IMG/VR virus record: IMGVR_UViG_3300025098_000014
Length of the DNA: 64,000 bases
Strand: one strand, 5' to 3'
DNA from: a virus
Position numbers and translations under genes: made by a program. The notes under the pieces were generated by a model, which was not told where the DNA came from, ran no database searches, and was given only the letters and a program-made list of their open reading frames with translations. Below, piece after piece: positions 54,795-62,470 of the stretch; position 1 is the first letter of the stretch, and each line of letters begins with the position of its first letter.

Positions 54795-54973
54795 TTAATA
54801 TCGGGTCCGCGACGATCAAATTTACCAATCTGATATCCTTCACGAATCGCATGCATGATAATATTATCATAAGAATGCGAACGCAAGGGAATATTTCTAT
54901 GTAAAAGAAAGTCTTCGCAGTCTTCTGACAATAGTTCTTTTTCTTCGTGAGTGAGATTGTCTAGGTCGATCAT
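54791..54973 (-). CDS. Hypothetical protein
   Basis: ATGA-coupled on both sides. Confidence 0.6.
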   Translation of the reverse strand: MIDLDNLTHEEKELLSEDCEDFLLHRNIPLRSHSYDNIIMHAIREGYQIGKFDRRGPDIK

Positions 54974-55218
54974 CGTACTTCAAAATTTAGTTTACGAACT
55001 TTTCGTTTGCGTCGGTTCTCTTGGTATTCTAAGTCATTTCTAGTGAGAGTATGACTATTCTTAGAATTGTTTTCAGTTTTTAACAAAACAACTTCGTTAA
55101 GATCCATAGCTGTAACTTTGTCACCCAATAATGTCATCATATTTGGGCAACCGCAACTCTGACTCTTGGTTGAGCTGGTCAATTCTACATTGCAAATTTT
55201 GCATCTGACAGATAGCAT
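54970..55218 (-). CDS. Zn-ribbon hypothetical protein
   Basis: CxxC...CGC; Shine-Dalgarno AAGGAG; basic C-terminus RKRKVRKL.FEVR. Confidence 0.7.
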   Translation of the reverse strand: MLSVRCKICNVELTSSTKSQSCGCPNMMTLLGDKVTAMDLNEVVLLKTENNSKNSHTLTRNDLEYQENRRKRKVRKLNFEVR

Positions 55219-55269
55219 GTTTCAATAACTCCTTTATTTCAGATAATTCTTCTTTGATTTTTTGCTTTT

Positions 55270-55926
55270 TCACAGAAAGATAACCTCAGTAAATCTGGTA
55301 GTGGTTTTAAAAAAATTGTCAACAATTGTCTGTCCATGGAACCATTTTCCAGGAAATACGACTCCGCAATTAAATCTATCTAAGATACATAACTCTTCTC
55401 TAAATTGATCAGATGTTTTCCAAGGATTGTTATGCTCGGTGTCCTTCTTTAAATAAAAAGTTTTTGCTTTTGTATTAAGAGGAGTATATAATGAAGTGCC
55501 AGACTTCATATGGTGATCTGGATTTAGAAAAATAATAAAATTTAATTGACCATCACAATGAGGATGCCAATGATAACCCTCTCCAGGTATGTCTTTTAAC
55601 AATCTAAATTGATTGACAACATGAAATAAATTTTGCAAATCTACTTCAACATTGTAGCTGTTTGCTACACCTTTGAGCAAGTATTCTCTATGTAAGTCCC
55701 ATCTACTATCGAATAGTATTTGACCATCCATAAAGTCAGTACCATTTAGAGAATTTTTAACAGATTTGTTAGTTCTAATACCCTGAATGGAATTTAAATA
55801 ATCATAAACTCTTTCTGGTCTCTTGTATATATTATCTATAAAGAGTATTTCAGAATCTTTCCAAGGGGTTTTAGTAATAGCCCATGATTCATTATACTCA
55901 AAGTCTTTATTATTAAAAAATTTCAT
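55270..55926 (-). CDS. DUF6445-like 2OG-Fe(II) oxygenase
   Basis: IDNIYKRP, PHCD, IFLN...GT.LY, FN..V.FP...FHG, R.T.V.F. Confidence 0.75.
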   Translation of the reverse strand: MKFFNNKDFEYNESWAITKTPWKDSEILFIDNIYKRPERVYDYLNSIQGIRTNKSVKNSLNGTDFMDGQILFDSRWDLHREYLLKGVANSYNVEVDLQNLFHVVNQFRLLKDIPGEGYHWHPHCDGQLNFIIFLNPDHHMKSGTSLYTPLNTKAKTFYLKKDTEHNNPWKTSDQFREELCILDRFNCGVVFPGKWFHGQTIVDNFFKTTTRFTEVIFL

Positions 55927-55997
55927 GGGAGATACAAGGATCGAACTTGTGACAATCTCGGTGTAAACGAGGTGCTCTACCGCTGAGCTAATCTCCC
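55926..55997 (-). tRNA. trnV: tRNA-Val(TAC), no encoded CCA
   Basis: Cloverleaf GGGAGAT/ATCTCCC, D arm GCTC/GAGC, anticodon loop TTTACAC, T loop TTCGATC. Confidence 0.93.
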
Positions 55998-56000
55998 AAG

Positions 56001-56073
56001 CGACTCAGGTTGGGGTCGAACCAACGACCGACTGCTTAGAAGGCAGTTGCTCTATCCACTGAGCTACTGAGTC
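56001..56073 (-). tRNA. trnR: tRNA-Arg(TCT), no encoded CCA
   Basis: GACTCAG/CTGAGTC acceptor stem, ACTGC-CTTCTAA-GCAGT anticodon arm, GTTGG-TTCGACC-CCAAC T arm. Confidence 0.95.
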
Positions 56074-56669
56074 TTGAACATAAAAGTATAATTAACTCGC
56101 CTATTATCTAGGCCGGGTTTCATCGAAACTTTATTTGTTTCATGAAAATATTTGGAGTTGAATATGAGAAGACGATTACACGCATAAGGAATAATCGTCT
56201 TCTCTGATTTAGTGTACTCCAGATATTTCCGAATCAACTTGACATCGGTATTATACTCACGCCATGTCCATGTCGGAGGCGGTTTAATATCATAAAGAAT
56301 CAAACCGTTTTTCTCTGGATCTTCTACAGAAGAGTCTGGAGTGACCCAGAGATTCACATTATAACATGCTGGATCAGCATGTGGAGTCACACCTTCGGCA
56401 TTGTTGTTGTAAACGAATGCCCATCCTCTGGAAAATTTACCAAGGAATGGAAACTTCGCTTGCAACCCTGTTATTATAACACCTAATAAAGGAAAGCGCA
56501 AGTTGTCTTGATAGAAGTTTAGTGAGTGATAGTCTTCGTAGGTATCATCTGGATCAGAGGCTGTTAAAGCATAGTCTCTTAACTCATCAATTACATCTTG
56601 TAGAAATATTCCGTCCTCAACTAAAAATCTTTCTTCTTCAATTATCTTCTTTGCAATATTTGAGTGCAT
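56064..56669 (-). CDS. 2OG-Fe(II) oxygenase
   Basis: PHAD, NVNLW, GL, NR.LIF.S..FHE, RR.N.TF; start uncertain. Confidence 0.8.
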   Translation of the reverse strand: MHSNIAKKIIEEERFLVEDGIFLQDVIDELRDYALTASDPDDTYEDYHSLNFYQDNLRFPLLGVIITGLQAKFPFLGKFSRGWAFVYNNNAEGVTPHADPACYNVNLWVTPDSSVEDPEKNGLILYDIKPPPTWTWREYNTDVKLIRKYLEYTKSEKTIIPYACNRLLIFNSKYFHETNKVSMKPGLDNRRVNYTFMFKTQ

Positions 56670-57159
56670 AAGTAAACCTATGATCAGATAATAATGGAGT
56701 TGCTCTATGCAAAATAGAAGAAGTAAACTTTACCAGAGTATTTGGAATGGGAGGAATACCAATAATTTTTTCATCTAAGTAAAATTCAGTACACCCTCCC
56801 TCATTCAATCCAGTATACCTAGGATTAGCATAGAAAAGAAAAGTTACTTGATCTTCATCGAGGTCACAATCAACATGAAAGTTTGCTGCTTCTCTAGGAG
56901 CAAAACAATTGATGTATGCTCGGTATAATTTATACTCTTTTACTTCTGGGAACCTTGCATAAATTAGAGATTCAAGAATACCAACGATCGTATCATCATC
57001 GTCATCTTCTGGGTCCAACTCACAGATCATTCCTGTTGGTTTAGAATCAGAATCATCTTGTTCACCATAAGTATACTGACAATCAAAAGCATACTCACTC
57101 ACCTCCCGAAAATCATCTGGAGTTAGAGCTTTATTAATACTAAGAATACTAGGTTTCAT
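56638..57159 (-). CDS. 2OG-Fe(II) oxygenase (P4H-like)
   Basis: FHVD, TFLFY, GGCTEF, LHRA, R.T.ALK. Confidence 0.85.
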   Translation of the reverse strand: MKPSILSINKALTPDDFREVSEYAFDCQYTYGEQDDSDSKPTGMICELDPEDDDDDTIVGILESLIYARFPEVKEYKLYRAYINCFAPREAANFHVDCDLDEDQVTFLFYANPRYTGLNEGGCTEFYLDEKIIGIPPIPNTLVKFTSSILHRATPLLSDHRFTYALKYCKEDN

Positions 57160-57722
57160 AATACATCGTCAAGTTTTTGTACTCGCCATACAACAGTGTA
57201 TCTATACACATAAGGATGCCGTGGTCCAAGACCTCTATGAGGAATTTCAGATGGGAAAACTAATACTCTACCAGGAACATATTCGTGTTCTTCAATAACA
57301 TCACCATCATCACCAAACAATTGAAACTGACCTCCCCATTCTTTAGTATCCCATTCCAAGTTCGGCATATACATGATAGTATACTCTCCCTCTTCACCGT
57401 CTATATGTGACGAGCCATCACAGAAAGAATGCTGCAAATTAAAATCAATTCTATTAAGATATAATTTTGTTTCTAGTGCTTCTTCTACTAGATCTAACAT
57501 TTCAAAATAAATCTCACAGTCGTTCATGAGATTTACTACTTTGTTTATACTCTCTCGTTCAAATATATTCTCTCCCATTAATCTATGGGTTCCATTTTCC
57601 CCATTAGGAAAAGACTTACCGTTCGCAATATTAATAGCAGTCACTGGTAAGTGGTGGAGGTTTTTTTCCACCTTGGCCATGTATTCTATACTAAAAAGTT
57701 TATCAAAGATTGTTGCTATCAT
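57156..57722 (-). CDS. 2OG-Fe(II) oxygenase (P4H-like)
   Basis: HID, W...WGG.F, PGR.LVFP..IPHRG, R.TV. Confidence 0.85.
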   Translation of the reverse strand: MIATIFDKLFSIEYMAKVEKNLHHLPVTAINIANGKSFPNGENGTHRLMGENIFERESINKVVNLMNDCEIYFEMLDLVEEALETKLYLNRIDFNLQHSFCDGSSHIDGEEGEYTIMYMPNLEWDTKEWGGQFQLFGDDGDVIEEHEYVPGRVLVFPSEIPHRGLGPRHPYVYRYTVVWRVQKLDDVL

Positions 57723-57858
57723 TTAAATTTCTATTATAAATGACGACTCTACCATTTTCATGAGTAAAAATTAATTCATCGTCAGGATGCCACATCAACT
57801 CTTCGTAAAGAGCATTAAGTTTTTCCATATCCTCATAGAGTTGATTCGGATTCGGCAT
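57703..57858 (-). CDS. Small hypothetical protein (51 aa)
   Basis: MPNPNQLYEDM...WHPDD.L.F. Confidence 0.6.
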   Translation of the reverse strand: MPNPNQLYEDMEKLNALYEELMWHPDDELIFTHENGRVVIYNRNLNDSNNL

Positions 57859-58066
57859 CTTCACCCTCCTTTGTTTTATTAAATCCAAATGGACCTGCTG
57901 CTTTTTCTTCTAGTGCTACCTTCAGCGCAACACTACCAACAGCTTCCATACATTTGAGAATGTCTTCTGTCTTAGCACCTTCACCAAGTTCTTTGGCAAT
58001 GTACCAATACTTAGGCCAGAAAGTTTCTCCTGCCAATTGATAATCTTCAAGTGTTAGTAGTTTCAT
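57833..58066 (-). CDS. Conserved cyanophage hypothetical protein
   Basis: FWPKY.Y.A.ELG..AK.EDILK.ME, PFGF. Confidence 0.65.
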   Translation of the reverse strand: MKLLTLEDYQLAGETFWPKYWYIAKELGEGAKTEDILKCMEAVGSVALKVALEEKAAGPFGFNKTKEGEDAESESTL

Positions 58067-58380
58067 TAGTCTCGTTGTCTCCAATCATCAGGTTTGTCAG
58101 TATGGAACCAGTCCTTAATATCATCAGCACTGTTGAACCCCGTTCTATGATTGGATGGATCGGGGTCTCCTAAACCCATCCTATTCAGAAAATCGTCGGT
58201 ACTACCTTCTTCAATGTCTTGAGAAGATTGTCGTCGTGCTTTTTGCAACCAATCCCGAGCAGTAGTATGACTCTTTGCCAACTTCTCTGCCCAGATCATG
58301 TCGTCTAGTTTTACCTCTTCACCATTAGCAATACATTTACAGATAAATTCTAGTCTTAATCGATATTGTGTAGAAAGCAT
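58066..58380 (-). CDS. Conserved cyanophage hypothetical protein
   Basis: MLSTQYRLRL..IC..I..GEEV.L.DMIWA.KL, GDPDP.NH..GF, DWRQRD. Confidence 0.75.
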   Translation of the reverse strand: MLSTQYRLRLEFICKCIANGEEVKLDDMIWAEKLAKSHTTARDWLQKARRQSSQDIEEGSTDDFLNRMGLGDPDPSNHRTGFNSADDIKDWFHTDKPDDWRQRD

Positions 58381-58407
58381 TTGAAACCCCTAGCAAACTT
58401 ATTTAGT

Positions 58408-59073
58408 CTATACTTGTACCCAGTGATGTGGTGATGTGACCACATTTTCGTAGTTGTGGTCTACATTTATAGTAGAGGTTACAAAGATATCATAGACGAT
58501 TGAAGCTCTAAAGTCAACCCCACTAAACTCTGTTACCCTATGCAAAATATTAGATGGAAAAATAATTAGATCACCATCTTCTGGATCTAAATTATAAAGA
58601 CAATAATCATCAAGAACATTTAATGAAAGATTATCCATGTAACTTTCTGATGCAAGAGTCAATGTTCCACCGTCGCCCTCAGTTCTTAAGTAATAGACGC
58701 CACTAAAGTGGGATCCCTTATGCAAGTGATCTGGATTACCACCATCTTCTAATCTACACACATTAGGCCAGGACTTTTGAAAGAAAATATCATGCACATA
58801 ATCCTCACCACTATCAGTTTTTCTGCACATACCAGATAGATATTGCCTAGTAGCATGTGCCATCTGAGCATTCAACCAATAAAATTCTTTAGTTTTATGT
58901 AAAAGGAAAAACTTTGGAATGTCTTGATCACCAGTAAAGTTACCAGTATCTTCAATCTCTTCCAAGTTCTTATAGTAAAACTCCTCACAAAGATTCATCA
59001 TTCCTTCCCACTCTTTTTGTGGACAAGAAACATTTGATTTGTAAATTGCTGTTGGAAAAATATGTTTTATCAT
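58408..59073 (-). CDS. 2OG-Fe(II) oxygenase (TIGR02466-like)
   Basis: IFPT.IY, SWPN, HLH, FSGVYY, FPS.ILHRV, R.SI.YD. Confidence 0.87.
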   Translation of the reverse strand: MIKHIFPTAIYKSNVSCPQKEWEGMMNLCEEFYYKNLEEIEDTGNFTGDQDIPKFFLLHKTKEFYWLNAQMAHATRQYLSGMCRKTDSGEDYVHDIFFQKSWPNVCRLEDGGNPDHLHKGSHFSGVYYLRTEGDGGTLTLASESYMDNLSLNVLDDYCLYNLDPEDGDLIIFPSNILHRVTEFSGVDFRASIVYDIFVTSTINVDHNYENVVTSPHHWVQV

Positions 59074-59074
59074 A

Positions 59075-59146
59075 AGCCAGTTACAGGATTTGAACCAGTG
59101 ACCTGATCTTTACAAAAGACCTGCTCTACCACTGAGCTAAACTGGC
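59075..59146 (-). tRNA. trnT: tRNA-Thr(TGT), no encoded CCA
   Basis: GCCAGTT/AACTGGC acceptor stem, GGTCT-TTTGTAA-AGATC anticodon arm, T loop TTCAAAT (one T-T mismatch in the T stem). Confidence 0.9.
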
Positions 59147-59778
59147 AAGGTGATTGTGATTACTGGTTTGTAAAGCCAACCAGTTTTGCAATAATTACAG
59201 TTCTTAGGGACTTCAACCTCATAAGGTTTGAAACTCATATCAAACTGCGATTTAATATTCATGGTACTTAGCATGGCATAGTACCTATCAATGTGACCTT
59301 GCATTAGTTCACCTTGACTAGAACAATAGAAAGAGAATTTTGCGATCTCTCTCGCGTGTTCATAGACACATGTTATTATAAAATAACAAGTCTCGCAACC
59401 AGCATACTGACGAGTCACCTCTGGTTTTTCTTCCATGTAAGGATCATAAAAGAAGCAGTCATACTTACCAAGACCAGTAGTGTCTGGCCAAGCTTGGTTT
59501 AGAATGGTGATATTGGAGTAGTCTTTTGACCATTCCACTGCTCTATTATACACCACTGGGTCTGGCTCTAGAACAGTATATGACTTAATATTATGTTTTT
59601 GAAATTGGGTGGCAGAGTATCCCATACCAAACCCAATCTCAAGAACATCTCCATATGGTTCTAGGGCATCAACACAATCTTCCATGTACTTCTTTTCCCA
59701 CTCCATCATATATTGATGATGATCAGAAGTACCATAAAGAATATCTTGATTGTTTATGTCTCTTGTGTATTCTGCCAT
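59137..59778 (-). CDS. Class I SAM methyltransferase, GAMT/RMT2-like
   Basis: MMEWEKKYM, GDVLEIGFGMG.SA, YD.FFYD; start moved to ATG 59778. Confidence 0.8.
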   Translation of the reverse strand: MAEYTRDINNQDILYGTSDHHQYMMEWEKKYMEDCVDALEPYGDVLEIGFGMGYSATQFQKHNIKSYTVLEPDPVVYNRAVEWSKDYSNITILNQAWPDTTGLGKYDCFFYDPYMEEKPEVTRQYAGCETCYFIITCVYEHAREIAKFSFYCSSQGELMQGHIDRYYAMLSTMNIKSQFDMSFKPYEVEVPKNCNYCKTGWLYKPVITITLPV

Positions 59779-59785
59779 AACTAAT

Positions 59786-60283
59786 TTAAACTGGCGTAAA
59801 CCATATCTGTAGACTATATCTAAAGTCATCAGAGTACGGAGAAACTGTGGTTACCATATGATCCTCGTTCTCTGCATTAAGAACCATCATATTATATGTG
59901 GGGTTAAGTGCTCTCAACTCTTCTCCATCATTCCATATAAAGATACCTCCCCAATTGATATCCCACTCTTTGTTTAAGTATATAGTACACCCATACCGAC
60001 CGTTATCGTCATGCATAGATATGCCAGAATTTTTATGCCAAACATAAAGTTGTACCTCAGCGTCATCATATGGTAGAACATATGGATCTATACATCTTAA
60101 CACAGAATGCCTAAGTTCTATAGGTAAGTTAGTCATGGTGACATTTCCTGTCACACCAACCTTTAACGAGTCATTCCAAAATAACTCACTAACAGCCCAA
60201 ACATTTTCTCCTAAAGAATCCTCAAGAAATTTTTCACAGTTAAGTAAAACTTCTTCAGTCAGCACCCCATATTTTATAATCAT
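59786..60283 (-). CDS. 2OG-Fe(II) oxygenase (P4H-like)
   Basis: I.MHDD, TIYLN.EW..NWGG, H.V..V, RYSLQ; start moved to ATG 60283. Confidence 0.85.
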   Translation of the reverse strand: MIIKYGVLTEEVLLNCEKFLEDSLGENVWAVSELFWNDSLKVGVTGNVTMTNLPIELRHSVLRCIDPYVLPYDDAEVQLYVWHKNSGISMHDDNGRYGCTIYLNKEWDINWGGIFIWNDGEELRALNPTYNMMVLNAENEDHMVTTVSPYSDDFRYSLQIWFTPV

Positions 60284-60701
60284 AATAATCTTTTTTATAA
60301 TAACGACCCAAGATATTACTGTTGTAATACTTGGGGTCACCGTTTTCAAGAGATTCTGTTAGGACAGAATGGACAAATAATTGTTTGGTTTCTTCGTAGT
60401 TAACTTTACCCTTTGTTAATTGTAACGAAAGTATTTCTCGTCTGAAGGAACTATTTCCAAGTCCACGGCGGTCCTGATTAAGTTCGTCAGAACTTCCGTA
60501 GTATCTTTTCCAGTCGCTCTCACTTTTAACTCTCCTACCTCCACCTCTAGGCTTTCGTAGTTGGTAAAAGTATTTCCTACCGATGTATTGTCTACCTGAT
60601 TCAAGATTAGTAATCCGGTAGACAAAACCGACAAACTCACCAATGTTCTCAGATAAAAAAGGTTGTCCTTCAAAAATCCAGGGGTTTTCATAATCAACCA
60701 T
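60255..60701 (-). CDS. GIY-YIG family endonuclease
   Basis: GFVY.ITN...GRQYIGRK, W..YYGSS, F.REIL, YYN.NI. Confidence 0.8.
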   Translation of the reverse strand: MVDYENPWIFEGQPFLSENIGEFVGFVYRITNLESGRQYIGRKYFYQLRKPRGGGRRVKSESDWKRYYGSSDELNQDRRGLGNSSFRREILSLQLTKGKVNYEETKQLFVHSVLTESLENGDPKYYNSNILGRYYKKDYYDYKIWGAD

Positions 60702-60736
60702 GATGTATTTAAACTATATTATATAGTTGTGGAATA

Positions 60737-62368
60737 TCAGACTCCTTTAACTAACATAGCACCACGCTTTTCACCAAACTTTTTCATTCTTTTTTGTCTG
60801 TCAGACAGTCCATCATTGGCGTAATCGCGGTATGTATTACCGTGACCATCAACAGCAGTTGCTTTTACACCAGCTTGTTCTGCGACAGATGAATCATTCA
60901 TAAACTCATCAATGATCTCAACAATCTGAGCACCAGTGAGTTGCATCATAATCTCTTCTGCTTCCTCTACACTCTCAATAAGGTTGTTCTCACTAAGAAA
61001 AGCAAGAATTACATCATAGTGGCTAACATCTTCAAAGTGAGGGTTTTTCTGACCCTTCACTTTTTCCATATCTTTACGAGCCTTCTCATTATTTTCCTGA
61101 CGCTTCTTCATATTAGTCTCAAGATACTCAGGATGGTCATCCACCTTCATCCCACGCTTCTTCTCAAGGCGTTCCTTTCTCTCCTTAGTACCCTTTTCAG
61201 AATCCTTATCCCGGATACCTTCTAACAATCCACCTTCCTTTACACAGTTAGGAACTTCCTTACCGTTCTTTTTCTTAGTACCCTTTGCCGTGTAACCGTC
61301 CCAGCAAGTAGAAGCACCAACATTCTTACGAGCTTTCTTCAAACTTTCAAAGAAATTGCCCTTAGACTCAATCTCTTCCTTCGTTACTTTCTTAGCCTTG
61401 TTAGCAGCAACAGCAGCACGATGTTGTGCAAGGGTTTTATAACGACCTACCTTTGTCTTATCATTGGCACCAGTGTAGGTACTAGCAGCAGACTTAGGAC
61501 CTTGACCTTCTTTACTACCACCAGCAATAGCTGCTCTACTTGTAATAGGACCAGTAGGTTTTGGCTTTGGTTTAGGTGTTGGACTAGGTGTAGGTGATGG
61601 AGTTGGTGTTGGGGAAGGTGTAGGACTTGGTGTGGGTGATGGTGTTGGACTTGGAGTAGGAGTAGGAGTTTTACCTGGATCTCCATAGACCTTACCTTTA
61701 GTCATTCCGATATGGTCAGGAACTGTAGGTTTAGTTTTTGTAGGAGGATCAATAGGAGCAGCACCCTTAGTTTTCAGTTCTGGTGGAACACCTTTACCAC
61801 CTTTGTTACGATAGTCTTGTGCTCTCATAACTTCTGGAGAAACAGATCTACTACTCTGAGGGTTTCCTGAGAAGAAATTGCCTGCGTTTCTCTTCACATC
61901 ACGAAGTTTCTGCATCAAATCAAATTCCACAATGATAGCTCTTGCCTGCCGCTTCTCTGCAGTGTCAAGATTCTCATTGATCCTAGGGTTAACTGCCTTT
62001 AATGCAGCACGAAACTCATACCCAACCACCTCAGGAGGAAATGCTTCTACAATATTATCAATAAGTCTAGAGTTCTCATATCCATCTTCGACCAGAATCT
62101 CTGCAATAGCAAAGTACTGTTCAGCAAATACAGGATTCATAGCCTGTAGTCTCTTCAGATAGAAGGACTCACATGTACACTTATCAGTTTTCTTCTTCTT
62201 ACTGCCAGGAGAATACTTACCTAACATTAAACGCTTGTTAGTTTCATCTTCAGTTTCTGCCGTCTCACCCTTAGAGGCATCCATGCGAGCTGCACCTTTT
62301 GGGTCAATCGCTTCAGAAGCAATCTGAGCATAAGAGTCCGCAAGTTTTTTAAGATCAGAGGAAAGCAT
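60737..62368 (-). CDS. Late-expressed low-complexity protein with a Pro-Thr/Ser repeat (possible internal head protein)
   Basis: Late promoter upstream; (PT/PS)n tract; CWDGY...K.K.GK.VPNCVKE module; Glu/Lys-rich. Confidence 0.6.
   Translation of the reverse strand: MLSSDLKKLADSYAQIASEAIDPKGAARMDASKGETAETEDETNKRLMLGKYSPGSKKKKTDKCTCESFYLKRLQAMNPVFAEQYFAIAEILVEDGYENSRLIDNIVEAFPPEVVGYEFRAALKAVNPRINENLDTAEKRQARAIIVEFDLMQKLRDVKRNAGNFFSGNPQSSRSVSPEVMRAQDYRNKGGKGVPPELKTKGAAPIDPPTKTKPTVPDHIGMTKGKVYGDPGKTPTPTPSPTPSPTPSPTPSPTPTPSPTPSPTPKPKPKPTGPITSRAAIAGGSKEGQGPKSAASTYTGANDKTKVGRYKTLAQHRAAVAANKAKKVTKEEIESKGNFFESLKKARKNVGASTCWDGYTAKGTKKKNGKEVPNCVKEGGLLEGIRDKDSEKGTKERKERLEKKRGMKVDDHPEYLETNMKKRQENNEKARKDMEKVKGQKNPHFEDVSHYDVILAFLSENNLIESVEEAEEIMMQLTGAQIVEIIDEFMNDSSVAEQAGVKATAVDGHGNTYRDYANDGLSDRQKRMKKFGEKRGAMLVKGV
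61556..61669 (-). repeat. Coding Pro-X repeat TPTPTPSPTPSPTPSPTPSPTPTPSPTPSPTPKPKPKP
   Basis: Direct translation; the synonymous codons are varied. Confidence 0.9.
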
Positions 62369-62394
62369 TTCTCTTCAACATATTCCAGTAGAAT

Positions 62395-62470
62395 TATTTA
62401 TAAGCATAAAAAAAGAGGGTTACCTGACTGTGACCAGGACCCTCTGCGGCGACGATATACTGTATTTATA
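62395..62470 (-). promoter_or_regulatory. Two TATAAATA late promoters flanking a terminator-like hairpin
   Basis: tatttata at 62463-62470 and 62395-62402; hairpin at 62414-62445 followed by T7. Confidence 0.7.

Noticed and set aside
60255-60701. GIY-YIG gene as a mobile homing element
   Set aside because: It is a short catalytic domain only, with no DNA-binding extension or intron context; it looks like the resident nuclease downstream of nrdB.
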